A model generated the notes under the pieces. That model searched no databases. It was not told where the DNA came from and saw only the letters and a list, made by a program, of their open reading frames with translations. The position numbers were made by a program, and so were the translations under genes. From contig NC_042998.1 of NCBI RefSeq assembly GCF_006345805.1, positions 123,256,001-123,320,000 on the forward strand: a DNA stretch of 64,000 nt, read 5' to 3'. This stretch comes from Octopus sinensis (taxonomy: Eukaryota). This document shows positions 25,193 through 36,550 of the stretch, piece by piece. Positions within the stretch are counted from its first letter, which is position 1. Every line of letters starts with the position of its first letter.

Positions 25193-26641
25193 TTGAGACC
25201 TATAATAGCAGGTCCCGCTTGCGAAACCCACCGCCTTAGCAACTTCATTGATACCCTTCTCAAGCCGTTCCTCAAACACATTAAAAGCTACATAAGGGAC
25301 GATCTAGATATGCTCAACCACCTCCCCAATACACTTCTTGCTGAACAAACCCTGCTAGTAACATTCGATGTAGTCAATCTTTACTCCAACATCCCCCACA
25401 ACCTAGGAATAGAAGCTATCCAATTCTGGCTGGATAATTACTCCAACGAACTCCCACACCGCATCAAAAAGGAATTTATTTTAGAAGGACTCAAATTCAT
25501 CTTAGAGAATAATTTCTTCACCTTCAACAACAAATTCTACAGACAGAAATCAGGGACGGCAATGGGAACGAAAACAGCTCCCACTTACGCCAACTTAGTC
25601 ATGGGATACCTGGAAATCACCCTCTATAATAACGTTCTTAACCAATTTGGCACCACTCTCCACACACACATAGAGAAGAACTGGAAGAGATATCTTGATG
25701 ACTGCTTCATCCTTTGGCCCGAAACCGTCGAGAAGCTTAACGAATTTCACACTCTTATAAATGGGCTCAACACAAACATTATTTTCACAATGGAATACAG
25801 CCCTCAACAAATTCCCTTCCTCGACATCCTCATTAAAATTCACAACAAAAAAATAGAAACAGACATATACTACAAGCCCACAGACTCCAAGCAATACCTC
25901 CCTTTCAATTCATGCCACCCTAGACACGTTAAAATTAACATTCCCTACAACTTAGCCAAGAGAATTTGCACTATAGTCTCCAATAAAAACACCCGTCTCT
26001 TACGTCTACAAGAACTCAAGGGCACATTAACAAGCAGGGATTACCCCACGTCACTAATTGACAATGGGATCCAACGCGCCCTAAAACTCAGCACGCAGGA
26101 ACTTAGACGCCCTAAACCTGTTACATCGAAACCCCATACTCTACCATACATCTCTACACACAACCCCCTCAACAATGAAGCTTTTGACACCATCCTCCAG
26201 AACATTCCTGTATTACAAAAGGACCATAGAATGAACCAAATCCTCCTAACACACGAAATCATAAAGAGCAAAAGGCAACCCAAATCATTGAAAACCATCC
26301 TAACAAATGCCAAAGTACTGCCAACCACAACAACTAAACCCACAGTAAACAAATGCAATAGACCCAACTGTGGTATATGCATCAACCTAATAGAAGGTCC
26401 GGAATTCCTTTTTAAACAAGGACAACGTTTCACAGTAAAACACAACTTCACATGCGCATCAGAAAACCTAGTATATGTCTTAACTTGCTCGGGCTGTAAT
26501 GAACACTACATAGGCCAAACAAAAAATAGCCTCCGCCAACGCATGACTGTCCACAGATCCCAAATAAAAATACAGGAATATAGAAAAATAGCATTTAGTG
26601 CACATATTGATACCTGTGCCGCACAACTCCATCCAATTTAG
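25193..26641 (+). CDS. PLE RT-linker-GIY-YIG polyprotein segment (right copy)
   Basis: 482 aa ORF. The natural stop is at 26748-26750, reached after homopolymer indels near 26636. Confidence 0.95.
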   Translation: MRPIIAGPACETHRLSNFIDTLLKPFLKHIKSYIRDDLDMLNHLPNTLLAEQTLLVTFDVVNLYSNIPHNLGIEAIQFWLDNYSNELPHRIKKEFILEGLKFILENNFFTFNNKFYRQKSGTAMGTKTAPTYANLVMGYLEITLYNNVLNQFGTTLHTHIEKNWKRYLDDCFILWPETVEKLNEFHTLINGLNTNIIFTMEYSPQQIPFLDILIKIHNKKIETDIYYKPTDSKQYLPFNSCHPRHVKINIPYNLAKRICTIVSNKNTRLLRLQELKGTLTSRDYPTSLIDNGIQRALKLSTQELRRPKPVTSKPHTLPYISTHNPLNNEAFDTILQNIPVLQKDHRMNQILLTHEIIKSKRQPKSLKTILTNAKVLPTTTTKPTVNKCNRPNCGICINLIEGPEFLFKQGQRFTVKHNFTCASENLVYVLTCSGCNEHYIGQTKNSLRQRMTVHRSQIKIQEYRKIAFSAHIDTCAAQLHPI

Positions 26642-27228
26642 AATCTTTCCCCTCTACAAATTTAAAGACAATGCCACTCATACCCAGCGAATAACCATGG
26701 AATCCCACCTTATTAATAAATACAGACCACTTCTAAACACATGCCCCTAACACGAACCCACAACAAACACACTTACACCTGCACACACCCTACACACACC
26801 TTTACCCAGATATTAACACCATGACACACACAAATATATGGTTCCACACATACACATAATTGAATACGGGTGCAAAACATCCAACACTATTTTTTGGAAA
26901 TGGCTGTAAATATTGACTTCACACAAATACGTTGCTTCCCGATACAGGCACAAGGCCAGCAGAACTATAAATATTGAAAATTGTACCCACACACATACAC
27001 ATATATACACGCGCGCGCGCCCCAACATACATATAAACACACACGCGCGCGCGCGCGCACACACATACATACATACAGCTCTCCCTGTTCTAAACAAACT
27101 TACTTATCCAGTCAGCGGAAAATACACTCCCTAACTACGCGCTAAAAAGCTATTTAAAATATCCACATGACGTCTACTGACCAGCCTGAACAATAAGAAT
27201 TTTCAACAACACTATTTTCGAAAATTCT

Positions 27229-27430
27229 AAACATTCACGTGACCTCTTTATTATGGCCAATAAGAATTTTAGGCGGGACACTAGCCAAATTTTAACTTCT
27301 CTGGAGCCTTTTTTCTTTTACCCCACACCAACTTCCATTCAAACATTCACGTGACCCCTTCATAATGACCAATCAAAATTTTAGGCGCGAAACCAAGCAA
27401 ATCCAAACACACTCTGGAGCCTCTTTTTTT
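27229..27430 (+). promoter_or_regulatory. Two tandem E-box/CCAAT/E2F-like modules in the PLE 3' end (mirrored at ~20625-20826)
   Basis: CACGTG at 27236 and 27348; CCAAT at 27257 and 27369; GGCGGGA at 27272 and GGCGCGAAA at 27384. The spacing is identical in both units. Function is inferred only. Confidence 0.5.
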
Positions 27431-27574
27431 CACATATTTTGATAAGCATAACAAATGCGCAACCGGTAAAAGAACTTTCACCTAATTAATTACTTAAATT
27501 ACTTCAATTATTTGTCAGCATTTTCTTCATTTCCTTTTTTATATATCACTACTCGTGTTCGACACTCCTTTTTT

Positions 27575-27628
<54 letters not shown>

Positions 27629-28067
27629 TATATAGATATATGTATATATGATGATATATATGATATATATATTTATAATATGTAGAATATATATATATAT
27701 ATAATATTGTTCTTTCTTACGAAATATATAGAACTGCTTAAAAAATGCTCGGGTCGAAGCTGAGAGAATAGATAAGAATAGGATATAAACTCAAATTAGG
27801 CAATCATACTCATACAGTTATAAATTCGACTTAAAATGCGTATACATATATTAATACATGTCGACACATGAATATTTCAAAAAAATATGTATAAAACATA
27901 AGTAGATATATAAATATACATAAAAATATATGCAAATAAATCCACGTGGGATACTTATGGAAGGGAGTCTGAGAAAAACAGAACCGATAAAAATTATTTT
28001 GTACCAGAATTAAGAGCGGCCAAGGGTTTCAGTAAGAAGATCCATAGAGTTCGATGTGATTTTTTTA

Positions 28068-28236
28068 AAGCTGGCAGAAACGTTCGCACACCGGGCGATA
28101 TGCTTAGCGGTATTTCGTCTATCTTTACGTTCTGAGTTCAAATTCCGCCGAGGTCAACTTTGCCTTTTATCCATTCAGCGTCGATAAATTAAGCACCAGT
28201 TGCGTACTGGCGTCGATCTAATCGACTGGCCCCCGG
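28068..28236 (+). mobile_element. SINE family a, 3'-truncated
   Basis: agctggcagaaacgttcgcacaccgggcga...gttctgagttcaaattccgccgaggtc...aatcgactggcccc. Confidence 0.92.
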
Positions 28237-28239
28237 CCC

Positions 28240-28637
28240 AGGAGTGGCTGTGTGTTAAGTAGCTTGTATACCAACCACATGGTTCCGGGTTCAGTCCCAC
28301 TGCGTGGCACCTTGGGAAAGTGTCTTCTACTATAGCCTCGTGCCGACCAAAGTCTTGTGAGTGGATTTGGCAGACAGAAACTAAAAGAAGCCCGCCGTAT
28401 ATATGTATTTATATATGTATGTGTGTGTATATGTTTGTGTGTCTGTGCTTGTCCCCACTCCAATATCACTTGACAACCGATGTTGGTGTGTTTACGTCCC
28501 CGTAACTTAGCGGTTCGGCAAAAGAGACCGATAGAATAAGTACTAGGCTTCCAAAGAATAAATCCTGGGGGCGATTTACTCGACAAAAGGCGGTGCTCAA
28601 GTATTGCCGCAGTCAAATGACTGAAACTAGTAAAAGA
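28240..28637 (+). mobile_element. SINE family b, full length with internal (TA)/(TG) tract
   Basis: The head ggagtggctgtgtg...ggttccgggttcagtccc has a B-box-like motif. Core: tgcgtggcaccttggg. Tail: ggcggtgct...agtcaaatgactgaaactagtaaaag. Confidence 0.92.
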
Positions 28638-29011
28638 GTATATAAACCGAATTTAAGGTATACAATACAGTTCGAGGAAGTCCATTTTTTACGGCCGTTT
28701 CCAGAGTTTATTAATTTTTCTACAAGGAGAACTCTAGAAATGGGCGTAGAAAGTGGACTTCCTCGAACTGTTTTATGAATCTTATATACCATTTATATAT
28801 TTTTGAAAAATGCACATCGAACTTTATAGCTCATTTAATTGAAATTTTTACCCGTTCTTATTTTTAGTACAAAATAATTTTTATCGGTTCTCTCTTTCGC
28901 CCACATCCTTCCATACGAATCCTTCGTGGGTTTTATTTGCATGTATTTTCATGTATATATATCAAGAGAGCGAGAGAGAGAAAGAGAGAGAGGAAGACAT
29001 ACACACACACG

Positions 29012-29079
<68 letters not shown>

Positions 29080-29613
29080 CATATAGAATTATATTCGGTT
29101 TATATACTCTTTTACTTTTTTCAGTCATTTGTATATATATATATATGTAAGGAAATGTATGTATCCCTATATATCCGCGTGTATATATATATGTATATAT
29201 CAGTGGGTATGTATGTATGTAGTTATCTCTGTATAAGTGTTTCTCTGTGCATGTCTGTGAGGGTGAGAAAGCGTAAATATAAATCTATACATAGCTGTAT
29301 ATATAGCAGAAATATATATATCTATCTGTGTGAGAATTATAAACAGATGCTTCTGCAAATGTATACCGATATACTTCCCTTTGTACATGTATGCGTTTGT
29401 GCATCTGTGTATATAACACACTATAAATACATAAATACATGCAAACACACACACATACATATGCATACATATATACAGTATATACATTTAATGTTTATGC
29501 CTATATACATAATACATAAATGCATACATACATACACATATATATATAATATATATATATATATATTCCATATATATTTACGTGAATGTCTATATATATG
29601 TGCATAATTGTCA

Positions 29614-29686
<73 letters not shown>

Positions 29687-30042
29687 AATATATATATATA
29701 TGTATATATATATGTATATATATATATTTATACATACATGTATATTTTTATTATTCCAGTTCTGCGGGGGTTTCTCCTCCTCAAAATAACGAATTGATTT
29801 CCAACATACCTTTATGTTTTCTTCCTTGGCGTTGCTTTTCTGTGTACATAATATAAATATAAATGATTTCCTGAAGAAAATTAAACCTTATGTTTGAAGC
29901 TCCGATGAAGCTATAGCTTGATACACAAGCAATAATGTAAGAGTGCATTGCGTCTTATAGCTATAAGCGAATGAAATTCACGATGCAGTTCTCATTCCTT
30001 TCTCATTTTAATTGCATACACATATACATACATACATATATA

Positions 30043-30075
<33 letters not shown>

Positions 30076-30147
30076 CATACACACACGCACGGACAGTGAA
30101 GCACCAATCCTGTTCGGTATAGTCTGCGCATTTCGAAGTTAGGTGAA

Positions 30148-31024
30148 TAAAAAGCTAATAAGAAACATGGATGTCCAGGTACCAGTGTTATTTCAAGCGG
30201 CTCCATTTAGTCGATCAATAAAAAAATATTACATCAATTCTTAATAAACCGTCATCTTCGGAAGCAGCCGACTTTATAGATTTTCAAAATAAAGGATAAA
30301 CCATTTATTTTATCTTATTTTTTGGCAAAATTTCATCAGTACAAGAGACTAAAATTAATACGTTGTTTCCATTTGCTATTTTTGTAGCAGAATGCACTCA
30401 GGGAAAATATGTATGCCTAAGGTCTACTACAATTTAGGGTGACAGAAGAAATAATGGGGGTCAAGGAAGAGGAATGGTCATATAGCTACATTTATATTTA
30501 TCTTTATCACATTAATAAGACTTAATGCAGCTTGTTGTCTACAATTCCTTAGAATTAAATCCATTGGGAAGTACTTGTTGGTGATGATATATTAATTAAT
30601 GTCAGACGCTTTCCCCGGCCCCTATTTTACTGCGACTATATATCCAGCTTTATCTACATAAAATGAAATATCTCAGAGTTGCTAGTAAGTTAATGATAGA
30701 GTGAGAAGAGGTTCTTGATCCCCCCTATTTTCCTCTGCCACTCTAGTTTATAATAGACTTTAGGTATATATTTCTCCCTAAATTCATTCTGCCACAAAAA
30801 TAACAAATCGAAACAATGTGATGATGTTAGTATCTTGTACTGATAAAATTTTTATAAAAACGAACAAAAAAATAATGGTCTATCCTTTATATTGGAAATG
30901 TATATGGTCGTCTGCGTCCGAGGTTTATGTCAAATTGATGTAGTATTTTCATTGATGGAATGAATGGTGTCGCTTGAAACAGCCGTAAAGCACTGATACC
31001 TAGACATCATTGTTACTTATTTGC

Positions 31025-31030
<6 letters not shown>
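30148..31030. mobile_element. Foldback element with ~317 bp imperfect inverted arms
   Basis: Arm 30148-30464 matches the reverse complement of 30714-31030, for example tcagtacaaga, aaaggata, atttttgtagcagaatg and gatgtccaggtaccagtg. The spacer is ~250 bp. Confidence 0.85.
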
Positions 31031-31075
<45 letters not shown>

Positions 31076-31608
31076 TGTGTGTGGGTGGGGTATATATATA
31101 TGAATGCATTTGTATATATGTACATACAGACAAACGCAAGACAAAAGTACGATCAACAAACTACGAGATTCACCCAGGTTAGTCATAAAAAATTTGCTTC
31201 TTTTGGGAATAAAGATACCATTTCACTGTATTCAATAATTTTTTTTCAAATAACCTGTATCATAACGCCATATACGTAGATGCGACGCACAGAATTATTT
31301 TTATATATAAAAAGAGATTGTTTGCGCCATTATTTTTTTGCATTAAAATGTATTCCTACGCTGCAAATAAAAATGGAATAACAGATAGCGTTCTCAAACT
31401 TCATTGGACAGGAGATACGCACTTGAGCATAGAGGGTGACAAACACAAAGAAATGTGTTTGTGTGTATATATATATATACAAATATGTATATATGTATTT
31501 ATATATATAAAGTTAATAAAAATCTTACACACACATACTCACACACACAAACTTACGTATTCAGATACGCTGATACATATGTGTATATATATATAATTAT
31601 ATATTATA

Positions 31609-31656
<48 letters not shown>

Positions 31657-32309
31657 TATATATATAAATATATATATAATATACATATATGCATATTTAA
31701 ATGCACATAAACATTTTGTATTACGTACACACAAGTGTACACACACATACTACACCTAACAAATAAGAGAGGGCTAAAGAAAGAATGAGATGAATGATGT
31801 CTAGTGAAAGAAGACGAGATTTAGATATCTGTTCCTTTGAAAATATTACAATGTTTTGTTTTGATTTTTTGAAAAGCGATTTGTCTAAAAAGTATCGTAA
31901 GATCACACAAATTCATTTCAGTGGTTTCTTTGATATTGTTTTCATTCTGTATCGATCTGCACGGACAATTTGCTATTTTGGCTAATTGTTGATATTTTTC
32001 TTACTATTCATCTCTATTGCATTTCTTAAGGCTACTAAAATCGCAATAGTTTATTGTAGAGTCTAATATTACTGATATATTAATGCTCTTATTGTCTAAC
32101 ACCTCAAATATCGTCAAAGCATAAACATAGATAAAACTTTTGGTAATCGATGAAGGCTTCTCTATGTTGAAAATAACCGAAAATTAGATTTCGTCGGGGA
32201 AAATTTTGTGGCTCATTATCATTCATCTATGATATATATTTATAATTTTATATTGTGAACATTTCCCTGTTGCTTTGCACTCATATCTGTGACTTATTCT
32301 TAAAATATA

Positions 32310-32718
32310 GGAGTGGCTGTGCAGAAAGTAGCTTGCTTACCAACCACATGGATCCGGGTTCAGTCCCACTGCGTGGCACCTTGGGTAAGTGTCTTCTACC
32401 TATAGCGTCAGGCCGATCAAATCCTTGTGAGTGGATTTGGTAGACGGAAACTGAAAGAAGCCCGTTGTATATATGTATATATGTGTATGTGTGTACATGT
32501 TTGTGTGTCTGTGTTTGTCTCACCAGCATTGCTTGACAACCGATATTGGTGTGTTTACGTACCCGTAACTTAGCGGTTCGGCAAAAGGTACCGATAGAAT
32601 AAGTACTAGGCTTACAAAGAATAAGTACTGGGCTCGATTTGCTTGACTAAAGGCGGTGCTCCAACTTGGCCACAGTCAAATGACTGAAACCAGCTGAAGA
32701 GTAAAGAGTAAAGAGTAA
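32310..32718 (+). mobile_element. SINE family b, full length
   Basis: Colinear with 28240-28637 and ends in a (GAGTAAA)-like tail. Confidence 0.92.
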
Positions 32719-33010
32719 CAGACGCAGAAATGAAACGCTTAAACATTTTGGCGATAAATTCTACATAAAATATACTGCTATAAAAGAGGCAATGCATCTG
32801 CGAATTAGATCCCATATCCTGACAAAGAGATTAGAAAATTATAGAAACAATGAATAGGGATCTAAGAACTTGCTCTAATTTAGATAGAAGTGGCTTACAG
32901 AAATAAAACAAAAACAAAAAAATGATATTTAGACAAAATTGGAACGTAGTCGTGTGTTTAATAAAAGATTTATAAAATGTAAACCTGTTCCCCATTTACA
33001 CGGATATATA

Positions 33011-34398
33011 TTTTATCTATTTATTTTATCTAGTATCAGCTCACGAGTCGTGGCCATGCTGGGGCACCGCCATTCGGTGTTGCTCCATGATTTTACTTCA
33101 CGAATGCTTTTTAGCAATTGCCATTTGGTGCATGAGAGATGTCGATGCAGCTGCCCTCATCTGCATCTCCTGCCGTGAAGTTGGTTCATCTGGGACACCT
33201 GACAGGAAGAGATCCAGTTTTATTTTAAAGACATCTGCATCCACCCCATGCAGGTCTCGCAGGTCCTTCAGGAGGATATTGAAGAGCTGTGGACCTCTGA
33301 AGCCCAGGCTATCACAGTATCATGTCCTACATCTTGAAGGCAAATTTGGAGTCCTTAGCACTATGCAGTGGCGCCCAGTTCTAGTATTTGTGTAACTCTC
33401 GATGCGAAAGTTTGGGACAAGTCATTCCAGGATCTTCCAGTTGTATATTATGGCATATCTTTCTCGCCTACGCTCTGAGGAATAGAGGTGTAATCTCTTG
33501 AGTCTTTTCCAGTAGCTTATATGCTGCACAGAAGCTATCTTCTTCGTGTAGCTTCGTTGGATCACCTCAAGTTCTGTGATTAACTTGACACTGGATGGTG
33601 ACCATAGCTGAATGCAATAGTCAAAGTAGCTTAGGACAAGTGTCCTCCAGAGGACCATCATGGTCACTTGTTCTAAAGGTTCTAAGAATCCATCCGGTCA
33701 GCCGCCTACATTTCATTGCCATGAAAGGTTGCATCATCACTCATGTAAATATCCAGGTCTCGCACTGATTGTGCCTCTGGGATTGCAATCCCTCCAGGTC
33801 CAGTGTATTTATTGGGTATTGCATTTAGTTTTGCATGCTGATAGCATAAAGCTTGAAACTTTTCAGCATTGAAATACATGCTATTCTTTTCAGCCAACTT
33901 GTATATTTTGTCCAGCTCACATTTCAGGTGCATGGTGTCTTCAGGGTTCTGTATTGCCTGTGAGACTTTTGTATCATCTGCATAACTTGCGATCATGGCT
34001 CTCTGCGTGGCTGAGGGCATGTCTGAGAGGGCCATTATGAACAGTAGTGGTCCAATACAGTACCTTGTGGAACACCACTCACTATTTGCGTGTTAATGGA
34101 GGTGGCCTCATTGGCTACTACCACCTGACTTCTATCCTTCAGAAAGTCATGAAGCCATTCTCCCAATTTTCCAACTATGCCAAGATCACGCAGTTTGTGA
34201 CATATCATTCCATGATCGACTTTATCAAAGGCCTTTGCAAAGTCGAGATACATCACTTCTACACTTGAGTGCTTGAGCAGTTGTTTCAGCACCCAGTTAT
34301 TTTCTTCAAGGAAAGCGATTAGTTTCCTTCTGACTATTGGTTCCATGACCTTGCTGATGTATGAGGTCAGAGAGATAGGTCTGTAGTTCTTGGCCTCC
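33011..34398 (-). mobile_element. CR1-group LINE, 5'-truncated RT plus 3' tail, degenerate
   Basis: NYRPISLTS, YLDFAKAFDKVDH, SGVPQGTVL, YADDTK, LWRTLVLSYFDYCIQLWSP and RRERY motifs across frameshifts. It ends in a short AT-rich tail at ~33011-33030. Confidence 0.93.
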
Positions 34399-34435
34399 GT
34401 TTGATTTGCCTAATAGTGGTTTTATCTCTAATTTA

Positions 34436-34478
<43 letters not shown>

Positions 34479-35127
34479 CTAATACCGTCAACTCTATTAG
34501 TATTATTTAGTAGATTTTCACGTGAAGTATGTTTGTCTGTGTTTCGTGTGTCCCAGATTTGTTTTTAGTTTTTTTGTTTTTTTCGTGCTGAAATACTGCA
34601 AATCTGTTCTTTCTTTTGATTAATGGGTGTGTTTTAACAGAGATTTGGCTGCTATTTCTAGTAACTCAAATTACCACAGACACACATAAGTGTGTGTTTC
34701 GTTGTGATGAAAAGAATAATTTTTCTCAATATTTTGCACTATAAGTTTTAAAAGAAATCGGGACACCTGTCTTACTGCTAACCATTCAACTTCTAATTAG
34801 AATTGTTAATTGTTGGAAATCAAGTAGATCGAGATGTACATATAGTAGTATCGTATAGAGCGGAAGTTCAATACGAAGTTCTGGACTCATTATCTTGTGG
34901 TTAATAATCAATTACCTTAAATTAGGAGCTATTAAGCCTTTAAACATCACAATGATGGGGTATTACCTTCAAAGCTTTAATTGATCATACGGACCTCAGT
35001 ACATATTTCAATCTGGCATTTATTTTATAGATATCTAGTTCATGAACTGCTAACTTTGAGACATAGTGGGGCACAATACTCGATTTAACAACAAATGTAA
35101 GCACAAACACATATTAGGTGAAAGAAT

Positions 35128-35270
35128 GATTCTGTGGTTGAGAAGTTTGATTCCGAACAACATGGTTCCACGTACAGTCCCTCTGCATAGTACCTTGGGC
35201 AAGTTTTTTCTACTGTAGCCCTAGGCTAACCACAGACTTGTAACTGAATTTGATAGACAGAAGCTGTAGC
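35128..35270 (+). mobile_element. SINE family b, 5' fragment
   Basis: ctgtggttgagaagttt...catggttcc...cagtccc...gtaccttgggcaag...ctactgtagcc. Confidence 0.75.
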
Positions 35271-35412
35271 ATTGTTCATCAGAAAAAGATCGAAAAACAT
35301 ATTTATAAAGAAGAGTTGTTTTCTTCAAAATTCTCGTGTGTCGGTTCTGGCCATAAGAAAGGGACAAATAATACAATATGATTCCATGTCGGAGTGCATT
35401 GCTTGTATTATA

Positions 35413-35536
<124 letters not shown>

Positions 35537-35544
35537 ATCCATAT

Positions 35545-35616
<72 letters not shown>

Positions 35617-36550
35617 CAGCCGAGATTTTCATATGCATTTTAAAAGCTTTAGTTTCTAAAAGCTTATCGAAATGTCCTTTCGATATGGGATGAAGTGTGT
35701 GACGTACGATGTTTGATAAACTCTCTTTATCGCATTTTGTCAACCTTTTGTCATCGATATAAGTTGTACACATGCTTGAAGGTTACTAACTTTCTACACC
35801 GATATCTTTGGTCGGTACTAACTTAACAATGTATGTGTGCTAAGGCCGTGATATCCTAACTCTTCTTATATAACAGTAAAACTATCTCCAAAGCAACACA
35901 AATTAAGATCTCTAATAGATGATCTCTCTATCTGGTGTGTGAGAACATGATATGTCGCAACACAGTAGATAATCATCTCTTTTTAGAGCGGTGTTACGTC
36001 TTTTGGTTCCGACACCTTTAAAAAATATCATGCGCGATCCACCCATGCACGTTCAGAAGCATATTGACGACATATAAACAGTCAAAATTGGTATCCTGAT
36101 TCATATATACAGACGTGCAGCCTAATATGCAAGTGTGATGCATATTTAACTGCATATCTCCACAAGCATGAACTGTCAGATATTCCTTTTCCTGTAATCA
36201 GCTGTCATTATTTCATATTTCCACATGTTTTCCACGCTCTTTTGGGACTGCTGTATCCTGTATATTCTTCTCTATTTAATTATGTACAGTATTTTCTCCA
36301 TTAAGATTGCTCTTACGCTATACAGCTTCTATCTATACTTCCTCCCACTAACGAACCACAGCATTCAATATATTTTCAATATCGCGCGATACGTTCTTAT
36401 ATTAATGAAAACCACGTATTTTACAGAAATGTTTGTTATATACATATGCAATTGTATATAAACACGTATCGCCACAAGTATATAAAAAGGTAGACATGTA
36501 TTCATTTAGAGGCATACCAAGATAAAATATCACAGACACTCATATCTTCT

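Larger units (their letters stand above)
24301..27546 (+). mobile_element. Penelope-like retroelement, right copy (longer 5' end, ~879 bp internal deletion)
   Basis: Reverse-complement match to the left copy over 24630-24826 and 24829-27546, with the same RT, GIY-YIG and 3' UTR. Confidence 0.97.
27914..28957. mobile_element. Palindromic foldback/MITE-like element (~480 bp net) interrupted by two SINEs
   Basis: gaaccgataaaaattattttgtac (27981) pairs with gtacaaaataatttttatcggttc (~28867). cagttcgaggaagtcca pairs with tggacttcctcgaactg. The centre is near 28719. Confidence 0.85.

Noticed and set aside
21347-26451. ORFs antisense to the PLE RT (21347, 21606, 22162, 22775, 25595, 26041)
   Set aside because: They are shadows of the A/C-rich coding strand. 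Their recurrence only reflects the inverted duplication.
21823-26641. RT as a retron, group II intron, DGR or CRISPR-associated RT
   Set aside because: The motifs, the C-terminal GIY-YIG domain and the eukaryotic repeat context identify a Penelope-like element. No CRISPR array or prokaryotic operon is visible.
26751-27546. Hammerhead ribozyme expected in PLE pseudo-LTRs
   Set aside because: I found no CTGANGA...GAAA core by eye on either strand. A covariance-model search would be needed to exclude a variant.
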